A stretch of DNA of 57,024 nucleotides, filler included, from Sphacelaria rigidula (lineage: Eukaryota), in assembly GCA_964200075.2 (NCBI GenBank). It is 7 parts of 7 records of this genome, joined end to end, with 100 filler letters (N's around TTAATTAATTAA, not from the genome) between each part and the next. Parts side by side here need not be neighbours in the genome. Positions count along the whole stretch, not along the records: positions 32,645 to 40,704 come from CAXNAA020012454.1; positions 40,805 to 48,864 come from CAXNAA020012455.1; positions 48,965 to 57,024 come from CAXNAA020012456.1; 4 more parts are not named here. One strand, written 5' to 3'. Under the pieces are notes generated by a model. That model ran no database searches and was not told the DNA's origin. It saw nothing but the letters and a program-made list of their open reading frames with translations. This document shows, piece after piece, positions 37,776 to 50,317 of this stretch. The position numbers were made by a program, and so were the translations under genes. Numbering within the stretch: position 1 is the first letter of the stretch; the number at the start of each line of letters is the position of its first letter.

Positions 37776-40569
37776 GTAAGTGCTACGGATGCTGATGGAC
37801 GTTTTCCGCGTTTGCCTGTGTTTCATGCCTCGCAAACGGATTTTCTACCCTTGAGAGACGAGCCCTCCACGAGGAATACTCGATTGCTTCCGCCCGTTTT
37901 GTGTAGTACGTCGATTAATGCTGTGCCACTACTTCTCGACCCTCGAATCCTGGTGCTGTGTACGCTGAGGCAGGACCATGCGATGGGAGACGCCAGCTCC
38001 GTGGGATCCGGTTTTCCGTGAGCATCAACATCTCGTCAAAAAGGTGGCCCAATGTGCTTGAATTCATGTCACTGTCCGCTTTACCGATAGTGTTCATTCA
38101 TCATTGTTTATTGGCGCGACAGATTTCGATTACTTCCATAGGGTGTTGCGCAAGATATCTGCGGTTACCATGGATAGAATGAACCACCAATTGGTTCTGC
38201 GCTAGACACTGCTTTCGAAACGTAAAATGTGGATTGGACTATGGTCATCTCTTCGCCCTGTTCTACCAAGCCAGGAGATTGGTTCCATACGTGAGTTTGA
38301 TTATTCGATTGATTGATCGTCCCACTTTAACTGACCACCCATGGGTCCAGCCGTGGTCGCATGATAGACGTACCCAAGGAAACCAAAAATGAAACACTCG
38401 CTCAAGAAAAGAAGGAACATAAATAAGTCGAACAGAGCGATATAGTAGAACGAGATGTGAAAAAAAGGGAAAAAGGAGACGAAAAAAATCAACAAAAATA
38501 ACGCACAGAAAAGAGATGGCCGACCTAAGAAGAAAAAGAAGTAGTAAAATAATAGGTTTGAAGGTGACAAGTGGTAGGAAAGGGAAGAGCAACGAGCGAT
38601 TTTCACGGAGAGCGGAGCTTGATTTGTAGCACAGCCAAGTACCGGTGAGAATGTCTCATCCCATGAAAATTGTCGACATTGGTATCCGGTATCACGTCGA
38701 CCTTGTGCCTGAATAGATCCCCGTCACATACCACCCACCGTACCGTTGGTTCGAGATTTGTTTTTTTCCTTGGTGGAAGGAGGAAACCCGACCCAAAAAC
38801 ACTCACCTCGCAAAGCGAGTTCGTGTGCCGATTACCCGAAAGCTCGGCTAGACTACCTCGCGGCAGCCATATGGGGAAGGCGCCTCGAGGGTTCGCAAGG
38901 TTTGCTCAAGGCAGTGTGAGTGATGATCTCACTCAAACCCTCTATCAACTTGACGCAATGCACGCGCCACCATACTCTAAGGAGCTTCGGCCCTATTATA
39001 GGACCTGGTTCTACGCGAGTAGCGGCCACGATGTGTTGAATCCACCCACCATCATCAATGTATATGATGATTGCCAACATATGCTCTGGTTTGTGGAGAA
39101 TATGTGTCCCACGCCAAATCGAGGTGTGTAAATCTTCACGTTCCGGCGCTGCTCGTTGTTTGCCCTGCCTCCCCCGCCATGCCCCTCGGTGCTGCTGTAC
39201 TTCATCCATGTGCCAGGTGGATAAAGACCTCGTGCACCAGTCCAGTCAGCGAGAGCGACGACGATGACCAGCGCTCCCTGTAGTGAAACCAGCTCACTCA
39301 TGTTTGCGCCTTAAATTTGGAGGGCTTTGCATTGACATCGTTGCTACTACCGCAGGCTACGGCGAATATCATCCCCGAGTCATGAGTTTTGGGGATCCAA
39401 AAACTCCTCACCTGAGGACAGAATGTAGAGGGAAGGAAATCGTAATGTACTGCGTGCCCCGTGCAATACTGCAGGTGCAGGTACTACTATGGTGCCAAGA
39501 GTACCGTACAATATGGTCCATAAAACCGGTGTCGGGTAGATGACCTCCCTATCCTGAATTATCACCCCTGGGCTGATGAGTTCTCGAGTCCAGAAACGTT
39601 GCCGATAACGGATCACCCAAGGAGGAGTGATAAACCACGTGCATGTGATTTTTGTTATATTTACAGTAGATGTGTGGATATTGCGATGTGTTTTGCGATA
39701 TGTCTTTCATGTCATGCGAGTAGTCGGTGATCAGCCTTTTCACGACTGCGAGGGCGATCGTTGCTGGTTCCTTCGCGTGGGTACCATTAGGACAGCGATG
39801 TTTGCGGCCCGTTTCAGTATTTGTAAGCATATCGAGAAGTACACATCCGAGACAAATTATACAAGGGTCTGATTGCGGTGGTTCCTTCCCCTTATTTTGG
39901 ATCTTGCTCTTATCTTGCTGTCCACGGCCAGCTAGTGTGATTTCATTTTATTGGGTGACTTCACCCATTTGACCAGGCGTCATGGCCGTTCAGAATCCCC
40001 TGTGCCGCGTTATGCTCCTGGAAGGAGTTATCCGACTTTTTTCCTTGAACGCAAATATTGCAGATGGCGCCATGCACGTAAACAATTACTCGCTATGATG
40101 ACGTGATCATCGCCGGAACCATTTTTTCAGCCAATCCAAAACCTGCGTTCATTCTATATCGTTCAAAGTCATCACGCTTCGGCAAACACTCAGATATTTT
40201 TCTCTCGAGTTTGACCGAAGTGACGGAATCTGCGGCGTGAATCATTCGTGATCAACCAGATTTTCGTTGTTTATCTTGTTCGCACGAAAATTGCGCACCA
40301 CCCCAAGGGTCTGTCAAGAATATATTACGGGACACGTAGGCCCCAAGATCGAAAATTCGAGTTTTTTAGGGGGGGGGGGGGCACACAGCCTGCTGTCACC
40401 TTGTTTATTGCCGAGGCGTTGGCGGATCCGGTCAGCTGCCGTGTACAGAAATCCTTGGCATGGAGATCACTGAGATGATGGACACACGGCCCCTCCAAAC
40501 TCATCACCAACCATGATTACACTTATGGGACCATGTTTCGTGTCGTGTGCCACGACTACCTGTCACTAG

Positions 40570-40651
40570 TACAATGTTGCTACTTTGACAATGTTGCTAC
40601 TTTGACAATGTTGCTACTTTGGCGAGGCGTGAGACAATGTTGCTACTTTGG
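40570..40651. repeat. 17-18-bp minisatellite (ACAATGTTGCTACTTTG), 4 copies
   Basis: Read directly: three tandem copies plus one after a short insertion. Confidence 0.9.
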
Positions 40652-42684
40652 CTACAAGCTGTCGCTACCGTGCGCTCGTGTATTGTACATATATGTGTGT
40701 GAGCNNNNNNNNNNNNNNNNNNNNNNNNNNNNNNNNNNNNNNNNNNNNTTAATTAATTAANNNNNNNNNNNNNNNNNNNNNNNNNNNNNNNNNNNNNNNN
40801 NNNNTAAATCCGAAAAATGGACACAATCCCGGGGAGCGGTTGATTCTCATTTCAAAATACGTTTTCATTTTCCTGGCAACCCTGTTACATCCTATATCTG
40901 AGGTGTACCGTTATGACATGGCGCTGTTGGGAGCTTCTCGAGAGTGATCTGTGACGGTGTCAGCTCGTGGCGTACCGACCGGTTCAATACGGGGGGTCCA
41001 TCTCCGACCCGTGGAGCAACGGAAAGCGCGGGTTCCCTGTGGTCATGATCCACAGTGGAATAACTATGCTCAACTGAAAAGGGGCCCGACGCCCTGTTGA
41101 CGTCTGGGCTAACATGTACCCTACGGTGGATAGCCGTAGGGGCAGCAACACAATGACCGCGAGACAGCTTCTCTCTCGGCATGTGGGCACCTGCAAAAGA
41201 CGTGCCCTCCCACCCCGGTAGTCGGGGAGGAGTTAGCTGCTAACAGTTCGAACTATGAAGTGGTGCACTGGAGTGATCAATTCCAATGATGGAACAACAT
41301 AATTCTTCACCGTGAGAGCTACATCCACGCGTGGTTGGTTTCGCGGGATCTCGCCTGAGTGGGACCCTTGACCCAGGACTGATCGGACCCGTTGTACCCA
41401 CACCACAAGCCTGAGCTAGCGCCGCCCGACGTTAAGTCGGTTTCAAGGTGTGGAGCCGCTGTCCGCGTTACATGAAATTGGACCGCACCGTATACGGTTT
41501 GATGTGTGTTCGGGCGCCGTGGTTGGCTTAAGTTCATTCTCGTGGAACGATTGATCACCGGGGGCTGAGGGGAAAGTTTCTTCAGGCTGCGTGATTTTTT
41601 TTCTTCGTCGTGTATCAAACACCGGGCCTGCTATTAAGTACGGAGACTAAGATCGTGATTTGGGGTGTAGTCGTGAAGGCATGCGACCACCATTTTGTAC
41701 TCCGGACAGGTTCAGTGAAAGTACACGGGGTTATCAGGACAGCGGTTTTGGTGGTGCGCTGGCGCAAAGTACTGGGCTGGCTATGGTTGTACTTGATACA
41801 GTCTGGTGTGTATGGAAGCACGTATGGTTCCTAGTAAGGGCGTTCGGAACCTTGGTAAAGCAACCTGTGTGGCTCTCACTTCGGATAAACATCGAGGTGC
41901 AAGTTCAGGGTGCCAATCCTTTGATGGTATCGATTTCGAAATACCGTAGTGGTTGTTCAAAAACAAAATACTACTGCATTCACATGCGTTGGAGGGATGT
42001 TTGTCACGCTGGAGGGAAGTTCAATACAGTTCGAGCGGTATGTCGAGGAAGTGTATGCAATACATGCCTTGACAGACAGCTTGTAGTACATTTGGGAACA
42101 ACCCGAAGTTGAAAAACACCAGTCCTTACGCTGCATAGGTGCGGAATCGTGATTCACTCGGGTATTCGACGCGTTCGGTTCGGATAGAGTTCGTGGGCAT
42201 GGTGGTTTGAGGCAGTACCGAGTTTCCCATACTTACCAGCGCCTTTTCTCGGAATTGCATTCACTCTACGAAAGTGAGAGCGCTGGACATTTGTATGCTG
42301 GTGTACCGTACGTGAAAAGCGAGAGACTTCAAACCGAAGAGCCGGTGGCTCGAAAAGGGTATGGGATCCAAGCACCACAACTTGTATGTGCTGCTGGAAA
42401 TCGCAATCCGTGATTGGGATAAAGATGTTTGACGGACAGACTACTGAACACACGTGGCTACACATCCCCAGCAGGCTGGGCCGGGTGAAGCATGCTCCAA
42501 GTTGTAGTAGTATCGAAAATCCACGCGAAAAACAATTACACATCCAGGAGACCGGGCGCACGCCTGCGGGGTGAAAAGAGTGTTGCCGCTGAACGGCTGT
42601 GTAGAACACTTGAACGTGTCGGACGAGCACGAGTGGACTTGTGGTACTCGCACTTGTTGGGCTGCTCGTTTGCCGTAAAGATTA

Positions 42685-43925
42685 ACAACAGGGCGAGCAC
42701 TCGAGTAATTACCCGTGGTGGAAAAACATCAATAGGGCGAGCACTCGAGTATTTGCTCGTCGTGGAAAAACATCAAAAGGGCGAGCAGTCGAGTCATTGC
42801 TTGTGATGGACGACTGCAGTGGAAGAGTCAGCAATTCGACGAGCAAATAATTATAATGAACTCTTCGACGATCTTGAACCCGGAATCTTCAAGTTCATAT
42901 GCGTATCTGCACATGTACAAGCGTCAAGTTCCCAAGCATCCAAGCCCCCCCCCCCCCCCCTCCCACACACACACACACATACAGATCAGAGTTCTACCGA
43001 AGCGGCCGAGTGTATCTCTCGAGTAGTACATTTACATTCGCATTTCATAGCAGTAAGGTGCCACAAACATACCATTGTGGGTAGTCCGGTCCCAAGGGGG
43101 TTGGGTACGATTCGTAGTAGTCACAATAATACCATATATTCTACGACTGTTTCACCAAGCTTTCACCATGTCTCGCGCCTCACTCGTCCATCACTTCAGT
43201 CATTGCTGATTGGTCCTTGGGTTGTCCAGAAACCGCGCAAGCGAGCGATTCATTACTTGTGATGAACAAACTAGATGACTCGAGCAAACGAGTCATACCA
43301 CGGGAAAAATTAAATGACTACTCGTGGAGCGAACGACTTAGTAGCTCGTTGTGGGAAAACATCAATAGGGCGAGCACTCGAGTCATAGCTCGTTGTGGGA
43401 AAATATCAATAGGGCGAGCACTCGAGTCATTGCTCGTTGTGGGAACATATTATTAGGGCGAGCACTCGAGTCATTACTCGTTGTTGAAAGAGAATAACAG
43501 GGAGAGCACTCGAGTCATAGCTCGTTGTGGGAACAAATTAATAGGGCGAGCACTCGAGTCATAGCTCGTTGTGGAAAACAAATAACAGGGCGAGCACTCG
43601 ATTCATTGCTGGTTGTGGAAACAAAATAACAGGGCGAGCACTCGAGTCATTGCTCGTTGTGGAAACAAAATAATAGGGCGAGCACTCGAGTCATAGCTCG
43701 TTGTGCTCAAAATATATATAGAGCGAGCACTCAAATCATTGCTCGTTGTAGAAAAAATGAATAGGGTGAGCACCCGAGTCATTGCGCGTTGTGAAAAAAA
43801 GCAATGACTCAAGCGCACGCGTCATTGCTTGTTGTGAAAAAGAGTAACGACTCGAGCACACGAGTCATTGATCGTGGTGAAAAAAAGTAGTGACTCGAGC
43901 ACACGAGTCATGCTCGTCGTGTTTT
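42685..43925. repeat. ~40-bp palindrome-containing minisatellite (AGGGCGAGCACTCGAGTCATTGCTCGTTGTGG + A-rich linker) in two blocks, ~42685-42810 and ~43240-43925
   Basis: About 3 copies in the first block and more than 12 in the second. The linkers are short, mutually similar and A-rich. Confidence 0.9.
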
Positions 43926-46900
43926 CAGAAGCACCCACGAGTGCACTCGTTTCGACGAGTAATTACTCGTCCGACGTGTGAATACTTTTGTGAAGTGGAA
44001 CTAGACGGAATTGACCCGCAAGCTTCGGTCGGCACCTGAAATCTTCCTCGAACACGTGGGTTGCGCGTGAAAATGTGACGCGTGGTACTCAACCGGAAGC
44101 GCTGTACTCGGGAGATGAACAAGAGAAAGGGAAAAAAGGCGATCGAGCATCGTGTAGTGTTACAAACCACTTACGATGGCAGCATTTGTCCATCGGTGGT
44201 AGTCCGATTCGGAGACGGTGTTGCTACTGGAGTACACTGTGCTTCCCGGTTGGCACAGACATTTTGGTGTGGGAACTACGGGAGGGAACAATTTGGTCCG
44301 TCTGTACTGCTGTGCTGTGGTGAAGGGTAGCTGTACTCGCAAAGGGTATGCATGGGACACCAGAAGAAGGTGTATTATGCATTGCTGTTGGCTGATCGTT
44401 TGCCGATCCCCCATCTCGTAACACAGCACAATAGTGCAAACATATAACGGGAAAGTGTTGCTCAAAAACGTACACATATTGGTAGCAGTGATCAACAGTG
44501 TGTGGTATCTGCGCATGTTCTCATGAAAGAGAGTAGAAACGGAGCAAAAGGACTACTGTACAAAACCGAAAATAATATGTACATATGGACACGGCATCAG
44601 TTCGCGGCTGCCGAAGAGTGCCGTACACAGGCGATACCTCGGTGTTCTCGGCGCAGTGGTCGAAGGGTGGATTCCTGCAACCACGAACCATCATCGGGGT
44701 GGAGCGATATTCTGGTGTCGGGGCATGACCAAACAAAATCACGCATTGGTGTATTGTACTGCATGTTGCGCCGCACGCACGGAGGGTGACAATGGGGTGC
44801 AATACTGGAAACGTTTCTGTCTTGCACACATGGGTTATCTAGGCGTGCGCAGGCGAACTGTTAGCAAAGGGAATATGGCCAGTGATGATATAGAAATGAA
44901 ACGTCGAGAGTGTTGTGGGGCGCACATCGTGAGCAAAGTGGCGTAATGGTGGAGGTTAATGCACCGCGGTGCCGTGTACACACAGACCTCGACGCAGCCC
45001 TTTTGGGGTTTCCTTTCCCGGATCCGGAACCAACTGTACACGTACTGTTTTGCGCCGGAAACGGGGTAGACAACAAGAGAACAGTCGCAGCCTGTACAGA
45101 ATCCACGAAGCCAGAGCACACTATATGACAGGAGTGCGCACGGCGGTGCACGCTGATGTTGCAATCGTTACTTGTGCCGACGGCAGTCGAAGGCGGAAAC
45201 GTGCACCGAAGCGGCATCAGGAAAGAAAACAACCAGCCTTGGGAAGGAAAAATAAAATACGGTTGACGTACCCAAAATCCGTGACTCAACTGTTGCTGCA
45301 CTGTGCCCCAGCAAGGCACAGAAGGACAGCGGCAACGCAGTAGACAGCACACAACAAGAGCTTGATCGCTATAAACTGAAACCCCATATATTATGTAATT
45401 AGGCCTAGTCGCCTCCGAAAAGGCGGCCAACTTGCACCTTTGTCCTGATATGTTCTCACGAACAGAGCCTCGAGCCGTGTGTGCCTGGTTGCAATGAAGA
45501 GCTATCAGCAACAATCACCCATGAATCCAAACCACAGTAAGCAGTTCAGTCCAGGTATTCACAGAAATAAATTATCTCCTCGTAGTTTACAACATGAACA
45601 AGAACTAATAGTTCCCCGCGACTATAAAGCTTACTGGTAAGAACTCACTTGGAACTCAGAGCAACGGCGACTAAAGCTGGTGATGTCTGGTATCCGAGAT
45701 AGAGTGCTCATGGGGGGTACTCGGGGGCACCAGTGTGACTACCTTACGCAGGGATTATATCCATATCTAGCCATGGTACACAAACCGAAAAGCAGATGAC
45801 AGGACAATCCTCTACCCAACGAACGTTCCGGGAACGCTGTCTGTTGTGCACATGAACACTCAATGCGCAGCAGACAAGACAATCAACCATACAACTTGTA
45901 TCTCGTATCGACTGCTATTCGGAACATCGATTTGGATCTTCCAACAAACTGCCATCCCTCAATGGCCAAATCAAAGATTCATACCCAAACGCTGCTTTAC
46001 TCCGAGACATGTATGCCCGAGAAATAACAGACCCCGAGGCCAGCCCCTGCACGTACCATGACACCCTCTTACAGGGTGGATGATGAACCTGAATAGAAGG
46101 CTATAGGGTGATGCGATTGCGGGTCTGCCGAACCATTCTTCAGCCCAATGAAGATCTATAAAAGATGAAGACGCTATACACCCGCTAGCGCACACGAGGT
46201 CAGAAAGAAGAACGATCGAACCATTCAAATCCGAGGGCAGATATGGCATATCGTCTCACGATAACTGAACTGCACTCCACCACTGCTGAACACTGAATGC
46301 GACATCACCCACCCTTCACCAAGGATAACCTACATGCTATACGCAATGCACATTGCGTGCCGCTCCCCTGCAAAGCTGATCGACTCGACAAGCAAGAGGT
46401 GTGCGTCGTCTCGGCGTGATGTACTCGTAGATAGTCTGCATTATAACTGTAGCCGTTGCAAACTGTAATACGGGGTCCTAGGATGCCTTGCGTACACGGA
46501 GCAACCCATCTAGAGGCTACCTTCCACGCCAAACCTATACATAACTTTGCTCGTGCGACATGGTGCCCAAATTCCGAGAGAGCAGGAGAGGCAAACGCAA
46601 CCACTCAGCATCAAATTTACGTCCGCTGAGGCTACATATGAGCTGTTTTGTTTTTGTCACTGCGTTCGTCGCTGTGAGAAATATTGCAAGGCACGCAGTG
46701 TTGTTTGCTATCTGTTCAAATGTTCAAACCTTCAGCGGGTGTTGGCTGTTGCGTATTGAGTGATCAAGCAAGGCGCTCCCCGACCTCGTCATCGCAATGC
46801 AGTAGTTGTTGCCTTGCTGCAGTGCATCTAAACTCTGTACGGCGACCTGGGTGTGATGTGCGCTGAAGAGCGCGTGAGCAGTTGTACTCTTGCATGGTCT

Positions 46901-49887
46901 GTTTCCGTCCGCACAGAATCGGGGTGGGATCGAAATGCTGCAGAGACATTTTTCAAACAATCAGGTGACGAGTGTGCAGCTGTCTGTTCGGTCTGCAGTG
47001 ACTATAGCACCGCAGAAGACACGCAAGGCAGGTGCATGCAGGTTGAGACAAAAAGCTTGACCCATCACGGAGCTGCTGTATCCTCGGTGATTGGTGTCAG
47101 CAGCTGTCTGCTGTACAGCAGCATAATGTGTGGGCCCAGTGCCAGATTTTTGCTCACTGACGTCTTAGCAAAACAGGGTCCGCAGATTTGCGTTTGTCGG
47201 AGGGGCAACAAGATTGCTATTTGTTGTTGTTGGCTTCCTTGCATGGTAGACATACACCAGTTATCCCACATGATTTGGACGTAGTTGCAGAGGATCACCC
47301 TAGGAAACGAAGGCAAGCAACTACCCTTGAGCAGCAGCGGTGGGATCAATACCCCATCCTGTCCCGCCGGCACAGGCACCGCGGTATCCGCATCTATTAC
47401 CCGGACACCTCTTTACTACTGAATACAGATGGTCCGTGCAGTACGGATTGTAGCACAAGACATGTACCTGTAGCGATTACACCGTCCTGAGGAGCACCAG
47501 ATTATTATCTGCACAGGAGGTTGGTAAGTAATAACCACAAATCTAAGCACTCACAACACTATATTGGTGAGATTCAGAACGTAGTTTCAGATTCAGAGTG
47601 GATGCAATAGCGTTCCTAACAGGCAACTTTTTTTTTTTGCTTGAGCACACGTCCTGTACATGCAGTTACTGTACAGTACCCCATTCGAGGAATTCGGCGG
47701 TCTGGTTGGTGAGATATCGCACAAAGCATTTTTACGCCTGGGGGGCATTTCGGAACTGAAATGGTTTCAGGCACCTATCAGCTTTTCCTGAAAGAGGGGA
47801 TATTTTGTTGCAATGGACTGATTACGTCGTTGCGATCAAGTGATGTGTCAAATTGATCGTGTAGGTGACAGCTTTATTGAAGCCACCGCTTCACGNNNNN
47901 NNNNAGGACAGTCAATTGTTTCGGGTCTGACTCTGAATCTGACACTACGTTCTGAATCTCACGAATATAGTGTTTCACACGACTCGCAAGTCGAACATGA
48001 GTGGTGCAGCTGCAGACTGCACGCACAATACAAGCCAGCATGACAAGAACTGTTTGTTCACAGTAGATTTTGGGACATTGTGCCGAGGGCTTGAAAACTA
48101 GAACACCATCCAGGCACATGCAAATTAACTGGTTGCTGGGTCGGACTGAACACAACGGATATGCTCTTTTTTTTGTGCGAGTCAATGGACATATTATCTC
48201 AAGCAGCGGCGACGATTAACTGTCGCATGAAAAGAGGCTCATGACAAACCTCATGTATAATCTATGTATGCTATCCACATGGTGCACACTTAACGAATCC
48301 ATTAAGATTAAATGTTTACCCACATGTCAAAATACACCTCACATACAACGCACAAAATAACAGTAATCGCCGCCGCCACCGCCGGAAAAATTCGTCATAA
48401 CTCCCATAAAAAGAACGGTATATCCGGTTCTACTCTCCCACAAGCGATCCACACGCCGTCTTTTTTCCCCAACCCTCCACGGACTGGAGGTTCCCTCTTT
48501 TCAGGCTATAAGCGCATGAGTATCTATTCCAAATGTGAGTCCCCACATAGCTCATACGACATAGCGTATCGGACACAACGATTGACTTGACTCACATCGA
48601 CGGTAACTCGTAACGTCCCACGCATGGTTAAGTGTGACCGCTGGCATCAAAATCAACATTACCCGAGCCGTTGATACATGGACTAACAGTGGATCCTAAT
48701 TTTTGGGGTTGAAACAACAAATGAGGCTGAAGTCGCATTTCTCTATTACAGGGAAGATACGAAACAGTAACACAGAGCGAAAGTATCTTCCTCCCCAAAA
48801 CTCCGCAGGAGGAGTTCACCGTTAGACCGCGAGAGTAGGTCACCTGCTGAACCGGCATCAATATNNNNNNNNNNNNNNNNNNNNNNNNNNNNNNNNNNNN
48901 NNNNNNNNTTAATTAATTAANNNNNNNNNNNNNNNNNNNNNNNNNNNNNNNNNNNNNNNNNNNNCTCAGTCTAGGCACTCTCCAATAATACAAAAGACAA
49001 AACTATCTATCCTTCGCCACGGGCCACGGAATACAGCCAAGGTATATGAGCACCGGTGATAGCTGTGTGCGTTGCGTAAGCTCATGGACTGAGCACGGTA
49101 AAAAGTCTGGATCATAGACACTTTTATGGAGTGAAATTGATGCCACTTCAACAGATTGCCTAATTTTCGCTGTCAAATGGTTGATGGAAAGCGGCGGGAG
49201 AAAATTGTCGTGTCTTCTGACTGTTTCATGAGCATGATGCCGGTTCGATTTTCAAAAAAACTTCTTGTTTGTTTCGTTTTCAGGCCCAAGAGCAACATGA
49301 ATGATGATTATGTACGAAGGCTCAAAACAACGCATCACAATCAAAAGTGAACCTGAGGAACTGACCGCCCCCGCAAACCAAGAATCCATATAGTGGCAAC
49401 AAATTTGACCATTTGACCGCCATGATAGGTCATCTGTTGTTAAATCGGCATCAGTTACTTGGACTTCACAAACTACAGCGTGGTCGAGATGACCTACCCT
49501 ATCGGTCAAAGGATTAGCCCTTTTGTGACGGGATCCCCAGGAACATGTGATATGCACGCAGGGACCTTTGTGTATGAATCGACATAATTTTTAATCGTTT
49601 ACAACTAAAAATATTACCGATTCATGGAAACGCCCCTGCGTGCAAACCACATGTTTCTACGATTCCGGTCCCAAAAGGGTTCAAAGAGTACAAATAAAGT
49701 GAAGTCGAGACCATGATGCGATATCCATGCTGATAGTACTTGTGTGCCTTACGTGTAACACAGAAGGGAGGTCAACACAGGAAATTATGTGGTGGTCGCC
49801 TTACTTTTTCATCGCGAGAGGGGTTCAGCGGTCCCTCTCGCTCGTCGACCGTGAAACCGAATTCTATCTACTCCCGACAAACTGTAA

Positions 49888-50190
49888 ACAATGTTTTCGT
49901 GAGATTGAGAATAGAAGATACGATTGAGAGTGGAGAGCGGTCAATTCGCCAATGAATCGTTTCAGTTCCGGGATGCCCCTCCACGAGGCTCAAGATGCTC
50001 TCTGTACTGTAGGAGCTTGCCACTGAGACCCTTGATACCCCTGAGCAAGATATCGACGTGTAGCTGTATGCACACATGAGTGCCAGAGGCGAAGAAACGC
50101 AGGCATGGAATGAAAAACTGGCTTCGTTGAAGCGAACAGTCAAAGCCACTCTCAATCAGCGCTCTACTCTCAATCTCACGAGAACATTGT
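49888..50190. mobile_element. MITE, ~303 bp, 27-bp terminal inverted repeats
   Basis: ACAATGTTTTCGTGAGATTGAGAATAG ... CTACTCTCAATCTCACGAGAACATTGT (2 mismatches). Inverted full copy at 56281-56567; partial copies at ~52770-52920 and ~53308-53335. Confidence 0.8.
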
Positions 50191-50212
50191 AGTCGCCGTC
50201 CACTGTTGAACA

Positions 50213-50317
50213 TGGTGTGAGATAAAATTCCAGATCGTGTGACTGCACTGAGGTTCGAACCGGCGACCCAACCGCCATAAGGTTTGGGGGTTACCAACTG
50301 AGCCACCAGAGCGACCG
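50213..50317 (-). mobile_element. tRNA-derived SINE-like copy
   Basis: GTTACCAACTGAGCCACC..GCGACCG matches 24552-24579; B box GGTTCGAACC present. Confidence 0.65.

Noticed and set aside
38670..39283. Moderately long overlapping ORFs
   Set aside because: No recognisable domain or convincing splice structure. It could be a decayed element but this cannot be supported.
43365..43800. CRISPR-like appearance (conserved ~30-bp palindromic repeat with variable gaps)
   Set aside because: The gaps are only ~10-13 bp, A-rich and similar to each other. There are no cas genes and the context is eukaryotic, so it is a minisatellite.
44070..47500. Dense short ORFs on both strands in contig 6
   Set aside because: No motif I can identify. 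Possibly decayed transposon coding sequence; a translated search would be needed.
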